Origin: Candidatus Kaiserbacteria bacterium
Lineage (GTDB): Bacteria; Patescibacteriota; Minisyncoccia; Phycocordibacterales; UBA2100
Assembly: GCA_016432285.1 (NCBI GenBank)
Contig: CP066682.1
Coordinates: 352,933-416,932, forward strand
Reading direction: 5' to 3'
DNA: 64,000 bases
Shown here: one piece after another, positions 1 through 7,781 of the stretch
Layout: the number at the start of each line of letters is the position of its first letter
Numbering within the stretch: the stretch's first letter is position 1
Position numbers and translations under genes: made by a program
Notes under the pieces: model-generated
Databases searched by the model: none
What the model saw: only the letters and a program-made list of their open reading frames with translations
Told to the model about the DNA's origin: nothing

Positions 1-253
1 CGACGCCTCCGACATAGCCGAAGCAGTGCTTTCCTACAGCGGCCTCAAGAAGTTTGATTATGCGATCTGCAACACGGCCGCAATGGACAAGAAACTCGTC
101 GCCGCGTATGAGAAAGAGAAAAAGTATCCGATCCTCTGCGACGATAAGCTCTCCGCGTACGCCGACGAGGTGATCACCGGCGATTTCTTCTCGGAGGCGG
201 ACATCGCCCGCCACGATTCGGGAAAGATAGCAAAAATTATTTCCGAGTTATGA
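1..253 (+). CDS. YvcK/CofD-like (UPF0052) protein, C-terminal fragment (5' end off-window)
   Basis: Frame is open from the window edge to TGA 251-253. The tail ...FDYAICNTAAMD...ADIARHDSGKIAKII resembles the conserved C-terminus of YvcK/CofD-family proteins (recalled pattern, not searched). Confidence 0.5.
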   Translation, partial: DASDIAEAVLSYSGLKKFDYAICNTAAMDKKLVAAYEKEKKYPILCDDKLSAYADEVITGDFFSEADIARHDSGKIAKIISEL

Positions 254-260
254 TGCTTAT

Positions 261-695
261 ATGACCGCGAAGCTTTGGATTGCCATCGGCGTCCTCTTTC
301 TCGTCGTGATTCTCGGCGCGATCCTGATCGCGCTCCCGGCTCCTGCCGAAGCTCCGGTGCAGGGCACCGCGTTCGTTTCGGAGAACGTGCGCGTGGATGC
401 TCCGCGGATGGGGGAGACAGTGGCGAGCACGATCGAAGTGCGCGGGCAGGCACGCGGCAACTGGTATTTCGAAGCATCGTTCCCCCTTGAGGTACGCGAT
501 CCGAGCGGTAAAAGGGTGGGAGAAGGGTATGCGATGACGAGCGAAGAGTGGATGACGACAAATTTTGTATCGTTTGAAGGCACCGTTGTGGCGACCGATT
601 ACAGGGGGCCGGCCACGCTCGTTCTCCATAAGGACAATCCGTCGGGCTTGCCGGAGAATGACGATTCGGTCGAGTTTTCGATCGTCATCAAATAA
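261..695 (+). CDS. Gmad2 Ig-like domain protein with N-terminal membrane anchor
   Basis: N-terminal hydrophobic helix followed by a beta-rich domain (VRVDAPRMGETVASTIEVRGQARGNWYFEASFPLEVRD ... ATLVLHKDNPSGLPEND) typical of Gmad2/GerM-associated Ig-like domains. TATGAT 249-254 lies 6 nt upstream of the ATG. Confidence 0.6.
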   Translation: MTAKLWIAIGVLFLVVILGAILIALPAPAEAPVQGTAFVSENVRVDAPRMGETVASTIEVRGQARGNWYFEASFPLEVRDPSGKRVGEGYAMTSEEWMTTNFVSFEGTVVATDYRGPATLVLHKDNPSGLPENDDSVEFSIVIK

Positions 696-698
696 TAG

Positions 699-1361
699 AT
701 GACACCGCTCTTTCGCGAACGGCAGCGGCGGGCGGAAAGGATAGTCGAATATCTCAAAAAAACGTATCCGAGGCCGAAAAGCGAATTGAAACATACGACA
801 CCGTTCCAGTTTCTTGTGTCGGTCGTGCTCTCGGCACAGTGCACAGACAAGCTCGTGAACAGGGTAACCGAACCGCTCTACAAAAAGTACAAGACACCGG
901 GAGACTTTGCGGGGGCGAATCCGCGCACGTTCGAGAAAGAGATCTCGTCGGTCTCCTTTTTCAGGGTGAAAGCAAAGGCGGTGATCGCTGCCGCCAAAAA
1001 AGTGGAGAAAGAATTTGGCGGCGCGGTGCCGCGTACTGCGGAGGAGCTCCAGCGCCTCCCTGGTGTCGGTTACAAAACCGCTCACGTGATTTTGGGCGAG
1101 CTCTACGATCTCTGGGAGGGGATCCCCACCGACACGCACGTGAAGCGCTTCGCGTATCGCTTCGATCTTTCGGATCAGGTAGACCTTAAGAAAATATCGA
1201 AAGATCTCGAAGCGCTCGTCCCCAAAAAAGACTGGAAGTACGTCAACAACGGCCTCGTGCTCTACGGTAGATACGTCTGCCCGGCGCGGCCGCACGTCTG
1301 CATCGATCATCCGCTCACCAAGCTCTGGCCCTCCGCCGCCAAGCGATGGCGCACAGTGTAG
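699..1361 (+). CDS. nth: Endonuclease III (HhH-GPD DNA glycosylase/AP lyase), Fe-S motif incomplete
   Basis: HhH-GPD core (LPGVGYKTAHVILGE, SAQCTDKLVN). The C-terminus is C-x6-C-x2-H-x5-W where Nth normally has C-x6-C-x2-C-x5-C. Confidence 0.85.
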   Translation: MTPLFRERQRRAERIVEYLKKTYPRPKSELKHTTPFQFLVSVVLSAQCTDKLVNRVTEPLYKKYKTPGDFAGANPRTFEKEISSVSFFRVKAKAVIAAAKKVEKEFGGAVPRTAEELQRLPGVGYKTAHVILGELYDLWEGIPTDTHVKRFAYRFDLSDQVDLKKISKDLEALVPKKDWKYVNNGLVLYGRYVCPARPHVCIDHPLTKLWPSAAKRWRTV

Positions 1362-1469
1362 AATCGCGGATATAAATTCCCTCGGAATCCGGATTTTCCT
1401 GCTGGAAAATCCTCAATCCTCGCGCTCTTCGCGCTGCGGAGGTTCCTCGGAAACATATACCCGCGATTC
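1361..1469. repeat. Palindromic hairpin-rich intergenic element between convergent nth and ddl (probable bidirectional terminator or REP/MITE-like unit)
   Basis: 14-bp inverted repeat GAATCGCGGATATA (1361-1374) / TATACCCGCGATTC (1456-1469), 13 of 14 positions. Perfect 9-bp hairpin GGATTTTCC-TGCT-GGAAAATCC at 1391-1412. Second GC hairpin at 1418-1442. Internal direct repeat TCCCTCGGAA (1378-1387) / TTCCTCGGAA (1443-1452). Confidence 0.6.
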
Positions 1470-1478
1470 TCTCCGCCA

Positions 1479-3845
1479 CTAGTACCCCTTGTTGCGAATG
1501 AGGATCTCGAGGAGTTGGCGCGGGAAAATTTGCGGCGATTCCGTGAGGGCCTGGTGGTAAAGCACAGTCGAGGGGGTGAGGCCTGGGAGCGTGTTGATCT
1601 CGATGATCGTCAGCTCACCCGTCCGGGTATGCACGAAGGCGTCGATGCGCGCATAGCCCGTGATACCGAGCTTTCTCGCGAGGCGTTCGATGCGCTCGCG
1701 GATTTTTTTGACGACCGCGGGCTTGATGACTTGCGGCGGTGGCGGCGTGAGGTTGACGCCGGTGCCGCCCTGGAATTTTTCTTCCACCGAAAGCACCTCG
1801 CCTTCGGCGACGGTGATAGAGGGGTTCAATGCGTGGATGCCGCCGGTTTTGCCGATTACGCCGATCGTGATCTCCACGAGACCGCTCTTTTTTGTGTGCT
1901 TCAGCCTGTTGTCGATCACGCGCAACGTGTCGGTCTCGATGAAGCGCTCGAAGATGAGATAGGGCGGCGCGGAGGGCGGCATGTCGATGATCGTCGTTTG
2001 GTTTTTGAAAGTACCGGGGTGCGCGTGCGCCGCGCGCGTGCGCACGAGCGCCAGGTAGGCCACGAGGTCGGAAGGCCCGTAGAGATGCACGACACCGGTG
2101 GAGCAGCCGTCGCCCCGGGGCTTTACGATGAGCGAGCGCGAGTGCAGCTCCTTCAAGGACGCGTGCCAGAATTTGCGCAGCGAGGCGTCGCTCATTTTGA
2201 GCAGCTCCGCCGTCTCCGCTATTTTTCCGGGGACGGCCCCGACGCCCTCGAGCTCGAGCGAGCGGACCTGCTCGGAGGTGGCCCATTTGTCGATGCAGAG
2301 CTTCGATGCTTCGGCGTCGGGGCCGTTCATCGGAATCCCGCGCTTTTGCATGAGTGTCTGGAGTGTACCATCCTCGCCTTCTCCCCCGTGGAGCGCAGCG
2401 AAGAGAAAGCGCGTCTCTTCCAAAAGCTCGTCGAGCGTCATGTGCGCGGGCTCGAAAAAGGTGGCCGCGTCTTTTTTGGCGGAAAAGCCGAGGTGGAGCC
2501 GGGCGCGCTCTTCGTAGGAGCGGAGCCGCTCCCTCGTGCGCGGATATTCCCGGCAGTTCTGGCTGATTTCCTCAACCGTGTGGTTCAAGGTGAGGTGATA
2601 CGGCAGGCGCCAGACGCTACCATCCGTATCAAGAAGGAATGGGCGGGGTTCGTAGGTGGGCGAGTTGCGCAGCTTCAGCCACACGTTGGTGCCGCTCATG
2701 AGCGACACCTGCCGCTCCGAAGTAGGGCCGCCGAAGAGCACTGAAACGGGTTTGCGCTCGGCTTTCGCAACCGACTTCTGCTGTGGCATCCTGAGGCTAT
2801 GCCGACGCGCTGCCGAACCGAGGATGTAGCGCAAGACGTCGCTGTGCGTCATGCCGACACGCGATCCCTGCTGGAAAAGGAAGCTGTTCTGCTCCATGCC
2901 GGAGACGGTGTTGAAGTCGCAAAACCAGATCTCGCCGGAAGGAAGGATCCATCCGTCGAATCGCGCGAAGTCGCGCATCCCGAAAAGCGCGAAAAGCTGC
3001 TCGGCTTGCGCCTGAATGCGCTCGATCGAGGCATCGTCGAATCGCGGCGGCGAATGGTAAGAGACGTGGCGCGAGGGAAGGTACTTCTTCCGGAAATCGA
3101 AAATCTGATGCTCGGCGTAATCGGTCTCGATCTCGGTCGGGGGGAGCGCCACGGGAATACCGAAGCGGTTTTGCAAAATAATCACCGTGAATTCCTTCCC
3201 CTCGGCAAACGGCTCCAAAACGAGCCGCGTGTCCATGCGTTTTGAAAAGAGCATACGCGCTCTCTCGAGGACCTCTCTTGGGGAGCCGACAGAGAAGACT
3301 CCGATCGACGAACCGCCACTTGCGGGCTTGATGACCGCGCGCTTGATCTTATGCTCATCAAAAAACTTCCGCGTGATCGAAGCGTGGTCGCGCCCGTATA
3401 TTTTCAGCACGACCGACGGCAGCGTGAAAAATCCATTCTCCCGGATGTACTCGTTGCCCGTGTGCTTGTCGAACGCCTTCTTGCAGCTTTCGGATCCTGA
3501 TCCGACAAACGGAATCTTGTGCTTTTCGAGAAATGCCTGCACGCCGCCATCTTCGCCATAGCTGCCGTGCATCACCGGAAAAACGATGTCGGTGCGACGC
3601 AGGGCTCGGACGAACTGTGCGGTACCGAGGGGTTTCGCCGTTTGCTTCAGCTTGAAGTCGAAATCGGAGGGAGTGTTGCTGTAGAGCTGGGCAGGGGAGA
3701 TCGCGTAGGCATTGCGTTTCTGGTCGAGGTAAAAGGGCACGATCTCAACGGAATCCGATGAGAGGTGATCGAGGACGGAGCGCGCCGAATTGAGCGATAT
3801 ACCGCGCTCCAGCGAGGGACCTCCGCAAATCAGTCCGACCTTCAT
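1479..3845 (-). CDS. ddl: Tandem-duplicated D-alanine--D-alanine ligase family protein (two complete ATP-grasp Ddl-like halves in one 788-aa chain)
   Basis: The N-terminal half starts MKVGLICGGPSLERGISLNSARSV. The second half restarts at about residue 365 with VSVLFGGPTSERQVSLMSGTNV. Each half has the HGxxGEDG motif (MHGSYGEDGGVQ / LHGGEGEDGTLQ) and a C-terminal ATP-grasp fold. Confidence 0.85.
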   Translation of the reverse strand: MKVGLICGGPSLERGISLNSARSVLDHLSSDSVEIVPFYLDQKRNAYAISPAQLYSNTPSDFDFKLKQTAKPLGTAQFVRALRRTDIVFPVMHGSYGEDGGVQAFLEKHKIPFVGSGSESCKKAFDKHTGNEYIRENGFFTLPSVVLKIYGRDHASITRKFFDEHKIKRAVIKPASGGSSIGVFSVGSPREVLERARMLFSKRMDTRLVLEPFAEGKEFTVIILQNRFGIPVALPPTEIETDYAEHQIFDFRKKYLPSRHVSYHSPPRFDDASIERIQAQAEQLFALFGMRDFARFDGWILPSGEIWFCDFNTVSGMEQNSFLFQQGSRVGMTHSDVLRYILGSAARRHSLRMPQQKSVAKAERKPVSVLFGGPTSERQVSLMSGTNVWLKLRNSPTYEPRPFLLDTDGSVWRLPYHLTLNHTVEEISQNCREYPRTRERLRSYEERARLHLGFSAKKDAATFFEPAHMTLDELLEETRFLFAALHGGEGEDGTLQTLMQKRGIPMNGPDAEASKLCIDKWATSEQVRSLELEGVGAVPGKIAETAELLKMSDASLRKFWHASLKELHSRSLIVKPRGDGCSTGVVHLYGPSDLVAYLALVRTRAAHAHPGTFKNQTTIIDMPPSAPPYLIFERFIETDTLRVIDNRLKHTKKSGLVEITIGVIGKTGGIHALNPSITVAEGEVLSVEEKFQGGTGVNLTPPPPQVIKPAVVKKIRERIERLARKLGITGYARIDAFVHTRTGELTIIEINTLPGLTPSTVLYHQALTESPQIFPRQLLEILIRNKGY

Positions 3846-3991
3846 ATTTTGCGAAATTTCCTCATTAAAAAGTGCTTATTTTAAGCGATTTTTACAACTT
3901 CGAGACGCCGATACCACGGAATATAGCATTTTTTGCAGAAAACACTATCAGCACGTGGGGAGAGGACTGGCTCTCAGTGTAGGATGAAGGC

Positions 3992-4684
3992 ATGAGCAAG
4001 AAACGCAAAGTGGCGGTATTTGATGTCGATGGCACGATATTCCGCTCCAGCCTTCTCATAGAGCTCGTCGACCGGCTCATCGAAGAGAGCGTCTTTCCGA
4101 AGTCGGCGCACAGAGAATACGGGAAAGAGTACGAGAAGTGGCTCAATCGCGAAGGTGACTACCAGGAATACATTCTCGCCGTGGTCCGCGTCTTTAATAC
4201 CTACCTCAAAGGCGTGCACTATGGGGCGCTCGCCGATGCGGCGGAAGTGGTCGTGGAGGAGCAGTGGAAGCGCGTGTACCGCTACACGCGGGATCTTTTG
4301 AAAGACCTCAAGAAGAAAGATTACTTTCTTCTTGCGGTGTCGCATTCGCCAAAAACGGTGCTCGATAAATTCTGTCCGCGCATGGGTTTCGATAAAGCGT
4401 ACGGCGTGGTGTACGAGATCGGTCCGCAGGAGCTGTTTACCGGCACGATCGTCGAGGAGCATCTCATCTTCAACAAGGCGTCGATCCTGAAGCGGGCGGC
4501 CGAAAAGGAAAATCTCACGCTCGAGGGATCGATTGGCGTGGGCGACACGGAGACCGACATTTCCTTTTTGGAAGAAGTCGCCGAGCCGATCTGCTTCAAC
4601 CCCAACGCGAAGCTCTACACCTATGCAAAGCGCATGAAGTGGAAGGTGGTAGTCGAGCGGAAAGATGTGATTTATGAGCTCTAG
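3992..4684 (+). CDS. HAD-superfamily hydrolase, subfamily IB (SerB-like)
   Basis: Motif I is VAVFDVDGTIF and the C-terminal motif is GVGDTETDISFLE. TAGGAT 3980-3985 lies 6 nt upstream of the ATG. Confidence 0.75.
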   Translation: MSKKRKVAVFDVDGTIFRSSLLIELVDRLIEESVFPKSAHREYGKEYEKWLNREGDYQEYILAVVRVFNTYLKGVHYGALADAAEVVVEEQWKRVYRYTRDLLKDLKKKDYFLLAVSHSPKTVLDKFCPRMGFDKAYGVVYEIGPQELFTGTIVEEHLIFNKASILKRAAEKENLTLEGSIGVGDTETDISFLEEVAEPICFNPNAKLYTYAKRMKWKVVVERKDVIYEL

Positions 4685-5576
4685 CTCGTCGCCGACGCAT
4701 GCCTCGATCGGGTCGCGTCGCCGTCTGCTGACGGGGCGCTCCCTCTCGCGCCGTCGCGCTGCGAAAGACCCTCACGAGGCACGCGTCGACTCCTTCCGCT
4801 CGGCAGTGTGGGGGTATTGGAAGAAGAGCGGACGGCATGAGCTGCCGTGGCGAAAGACGAAAGACCCCTACCGCATTCTCGTCTCGGAAGTGATGCTCCA
4901 GCAGACGCAGGTGCCACGGGTGATCGACAAATACAAATCTTTCCTCAAAAAATTTCCGACGGTCCGCGCGCTCGCCCGTGCGCCGCTCGTTGACGTGCTC
5001 AGCGAGTGGAATGGGCTCGGATACAACAGGCGGGCGAAATATCTCAACGATGCCGCCAAAATGATCACGGCGACCTATCGCGGAAATCTTCGAGCGGCGC
5101 TGGCGCACCCCTTGCCGGGAATCGGGCCGTACACGAAATCCGCCGTGCGCGTCTTCGCGTTCAACGAGCCCGATGCATTGCTCGAAACCAACATCCGGAG
5201 CGCCTTTATCCTCCACTTTCACAGAGGACAGTCCTCTGTGGAAGATAAGGAGATTTTGCCGATGGTGCGGGAAGCCGCAAGAGGGCAGGATCCGCGAAGG
5301 TGGCATTCGGCGCTCATGGACTACGGGGCGCATATCAAAAAACTTCATCAAAACCCCAGCAGAAAAAGCGCACACTATGTCGTGCAATCGAAATTTGAAG
5401 GTTCTCGCCGACAGGTGAGAGGTGCCATATTAAAGACGCTCAGCCTCGGCCCCCGGGGCGATCTCGCGCTCGCGCAGGAGCTCTCCTTTGATGCGCGGCG
5501 CGTGCGCGAAGCGCTCTCCGGGCTTCTCAAAGATGGTCTCGTGAGCGCCAAGAAAGGCTCCTGGAAAATCGCCTGA
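4674..5576 (+). CDS. MutY-like HhH-GPD adenine glycosylase lacking Fe-S cysteines and the NUDIX domain; C-terminal winged-helix-like tail
   Basis: WRKTKDPYRILVSEVMLQQTQVPRVIDKYKSFLKKFPT and WNGLGYNRRAKYL are MutY signatures. There is no cysteine anywhere in the region where the 4Fe-4S loop should be. The gene overlaps the HAD gene by 11 nt. Confidence 0.75.
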   Translation: MSSSSSPTHASIGSRRRLLTGRSLSRRRAAKDPHEARVDSFRSAVWGYWKKSGRHELPWRKTKDPYRILVSEVMLQQTQVPRVIDKYKSFLKKFPTVRALARAPLVDVLSEWNGLGYNRRAKYLNDAAKMITATYRGNLRAALAHPLPGIGPYTKSAVRVFAFNEPDALLETNIRSAFILHFHRGQSSVEDKEILPMVREAARGQDPRRWHSALMDYGAHIKKLHQNPSRKSAHYVVQSKFEGSRRQVRGAILKTLSLGPRGDLALAQELSFDARRVREALSGLLKDGLVSAKKGSWKIA

Positions 5577-5604
5577 GCGTTCAATTGCGGAGGCTAAGCC
5601 TCCG

Positions 5605-5651
5605 AAAAAAGCTTAAAAACAAAGCGGCAAGGGGACTCGCCGCCTTGCCGC
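5605..5651 (-). terminator. Rho-independent terminator for the minus-strand small gene
   Basis: 9-bp stem GCGGCAAGG (5624-5632) / CCTTGCCGC (5643-5651). On the minus strand it is followed by TTTGTTTTTAAGCTTTTTT. Confidence 0.7.
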
Positions 5652-5662
5652 CTTCGTTGACC

Positions 5663-5851
5663 TCACCGCCACATCCACATCCGCGCAAACACTGCGCCAG
5701 CGAAGAAAGTACCGGCAGTGTCGATCATTCGCGGCGACGTTAAACGGACTCCGAGAATGACGGTTTGAAAATTGAGGAAGTCCTCAGCCGCCGCCGTTAC
5801 GAAGCCCGTTGCCACCAGTATTAGCGCGGTAACAAGGAACGTCTTCACCAT
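5663..5851 (-). CDS. Small hypothetical membrane/secreted protein (62 aa)
   Basis: AGGAGG lies 6 nt upstream of the ATG (MVKTFLVTALILVATGF...). The N-terminus is hydrophobic and a canonical terminator lies downstream. Confidence 0.55.
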   Translation of the reverse strand: MVKTFLVTALILVATGFVTAAAEDFLNFQTVILGVRLTSPRMIDTAGTFFAGAVFARMWMWR

Positions 5852-5900
5852 CTCGCACCTCCTAGTTGGTTTCAAACTATAAATTGCAACTTTGAACTTG

Positions 5901-7781
5901 TCAAACGCTCACGATAACCGGAATGACAATCGGGCGTTTCATAGTGCGCTGCAAGAGGAAGCGCGAGACGCTCTCCGCGAGGTCATCGCGGGCGGCATCG
6001 AGGTCGACGGCGCGCGGATTGCGCATTGAGCCTTCGACGGACTTGCGGATGATAAGGCGCGTCTGATCCATGAGCTCTTTGTTGTCGCGCAGATACACGA
6101 AACCGCGCGAGATGATGTCGGGAGATTTGTGGAGGCGACCGGTACGCCGGTCGACGGTGGCGACGACGACGCAAAAGCCCTCCTGCCCAAGCGCTTTTCG
6201 GTCGCGCATCAGCACATCGGAGAGCTCGGATACGGTGTGGCCCTCGACGACGCGAAGCTCCGAGGGCGCCTTCATGGGAAGCGTCGAGATTTTCTCACCC
6301 TTCACAATCTCGATGATCGAACCGTTGTCGGGGACCACGACGTGGTTTTTCGGTACACCGAGCTCCATGGCAAGGTGCGAGTGTACGCGGAGCATGTAGT
6401 GGTAGCCGTGCACTGGCACGAAGAACTTCGGCTTCACCTGCTTGTGAATCCACACCGCCTCCTCGCGATTGCCGTGGCCGGAGGCGTGCACGTCGCTCGC
6501 GTGATAGGTGATGATGTGCGCTCCCTGGCGCGAGAGGTTGTCCTTCAGCTTTTGCACCGCGCGCTCGTTGCCGGGAATCACAGAGGAGGAGAGCACCACG
6601 GTGTCGGTGGGCTGGAGCCGGATGTGCTTGTGCGATTTGTTGCCGATGCGAGCGAGCGAGGCAAACTCGTCGCCCTGCGCGCCGGTCGCGAGAATCACCA
6701 TCCGCTCCGGCGGGTACTCTCCCATGCTCTCCACGGGCACCACCGTGTCGTCTTTGTATTTGACGAGCCCAAGCTCGCGCGCGATCTCGATGTTGGTGCG
6801 CATGGAGCGGCCGTCGATCACGATCTTCTTGCCGTACTTTTCGGCAAAGGCGATTACGCGGATGAGCCGCTCAAGGTGCGAGGCGAACATCGCGATGATG
6901 AGGCGGCCGGTCGCGTCTTTGATGATGTTTTCGAGCGTGGTGTAGACGTTCTTCTCGGGGATCGAGAAGCCGGGCTGCCAGACGTTGGTCGAGTCCATGA
7001 GAAGGAGGAGCACGTTGCGACTCTTGAAGACGCCGAACTCACGCACTTCCTCTTCGCTCGGCTGCCCGTTGTCGTGGTTGAGCTTGATGTCGCCGGTAAA
7101 AACGACGTCGCCCCATGCGGTCTCGATGATGATTCCCATCGAATCCGGCACGGTGTGCGTAACGCCGAAAAAGCGCACAGTGTGATCGCCGAGTTTGATG
7201 TGCTCATCTTTTTCGACTTCGCGGATCTGTACGGGAGTCGTTTGCGCGAATTCCTCCTGGCGCTTCTTGATCATCATGCCGGTGAGGCGGCGCGTGTAGA
7301 TGGTCGGATTGCCGATGCGGTCGATCACGTAGGGAATACCGCCGATGTGATCGAGGTGACCGTGCGAAATGAGAAGCCCGCGGATCTTGTCGCGGCGCTC
7401 TTCGAGGTAGCCGGTGTTCGGGAGGATGTAATCGATGCCGGGCGTTTCTTCTTCGCGGAACTGGAATCCAGCGTCGAGAATGAAAATGTCGTTGCCGATC
7501 TCGACGGCCGTCATGTTGCGGCCGATTTCTTCGACGCCGCCAAGCGGAATCACGCGGACCGTTTCGGGGCCGATCGGCGGGGGCGTGGCGCCCGCGGGAC
7601 GCGGGCGGCCGCTCGGCGCCTGGTGCTCGACGCGTGTGCGGCGCTGCCGCGGCGGGTGCGCAGAGCGGCCGCGCCCGCCGTAGAATCGGCCGGGACGGTT
7701 GCGCTGCGGTCGCGCATTCGGGGAGGCAGAGCGCGGTCTCCCGTGAGAGCCTGCGCCGGGGTTTTGAGGAGGTGGGTTCAT
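5901..7781 (-). CDS. rnj: Ribonuclease J (metallo-beta-lactamase / beta-CASP) with an Arg/Pro/Gly-rich N-terminal extension of about 75 aa
   Basis: HGHLDHIGG motif and beta-CASP region. The ATG overlaps the upstream gene's stop codon (ATGA at 7778-7781). Confidence 0.9.
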   Translation of the reverse strand: MNPPPQNPGAGSHGRPRSASPNARPQRNRPGRFYGGRGRSAHPPRQRRTRVEHQAPSGRPRPAGATPPPIGPETVRVIPLGGVEEIGRNMTAVEIGNDIFILDAGFQFREEETPGIDYILPNTGYLEERRDKIRGLLISHGHLDHIGGIPYVIDRIGNPTIYTRRLTGMMIKKRQEEFAQTTPVQIREVEKDEHIKLGDHTVRFFGVTHTVPDSMGIIIETAWGDVVFTGDIKLNHDNGQPSEEEVREFGVFKSRNVLLLLMDSTNVWQPGFSIPEKNVYTTLENIIKDATGRLIIAMFASHLERLIRVIAFAEKYGKKIVIDGRSMRTNIEIARELGLVKYKDDTVVPVESMGEYPPERMVILATGAQGDEFASLARIGNKSHKHIRLQPTDTVVLSSSVIPGNERAVQKLKDNLSRQGAHIITYHASDVHASGHGNREEAVWIHKQVKPKFFVPVHGYHYMLRVHSHLAMELGVPKNHVVVPDNGSIIEIVKGEKISTLPMKAPSELRVVEGHTVSELSDVLMRDRKALGQEGFCVVVATVDRRTGRLHKSPDIISRGFVYLRDNKELMDQTRLIIRKSVEGSMRNPRAVDLDAARDDLAESVSRFLLQRTMKRPIVIPVIVSV

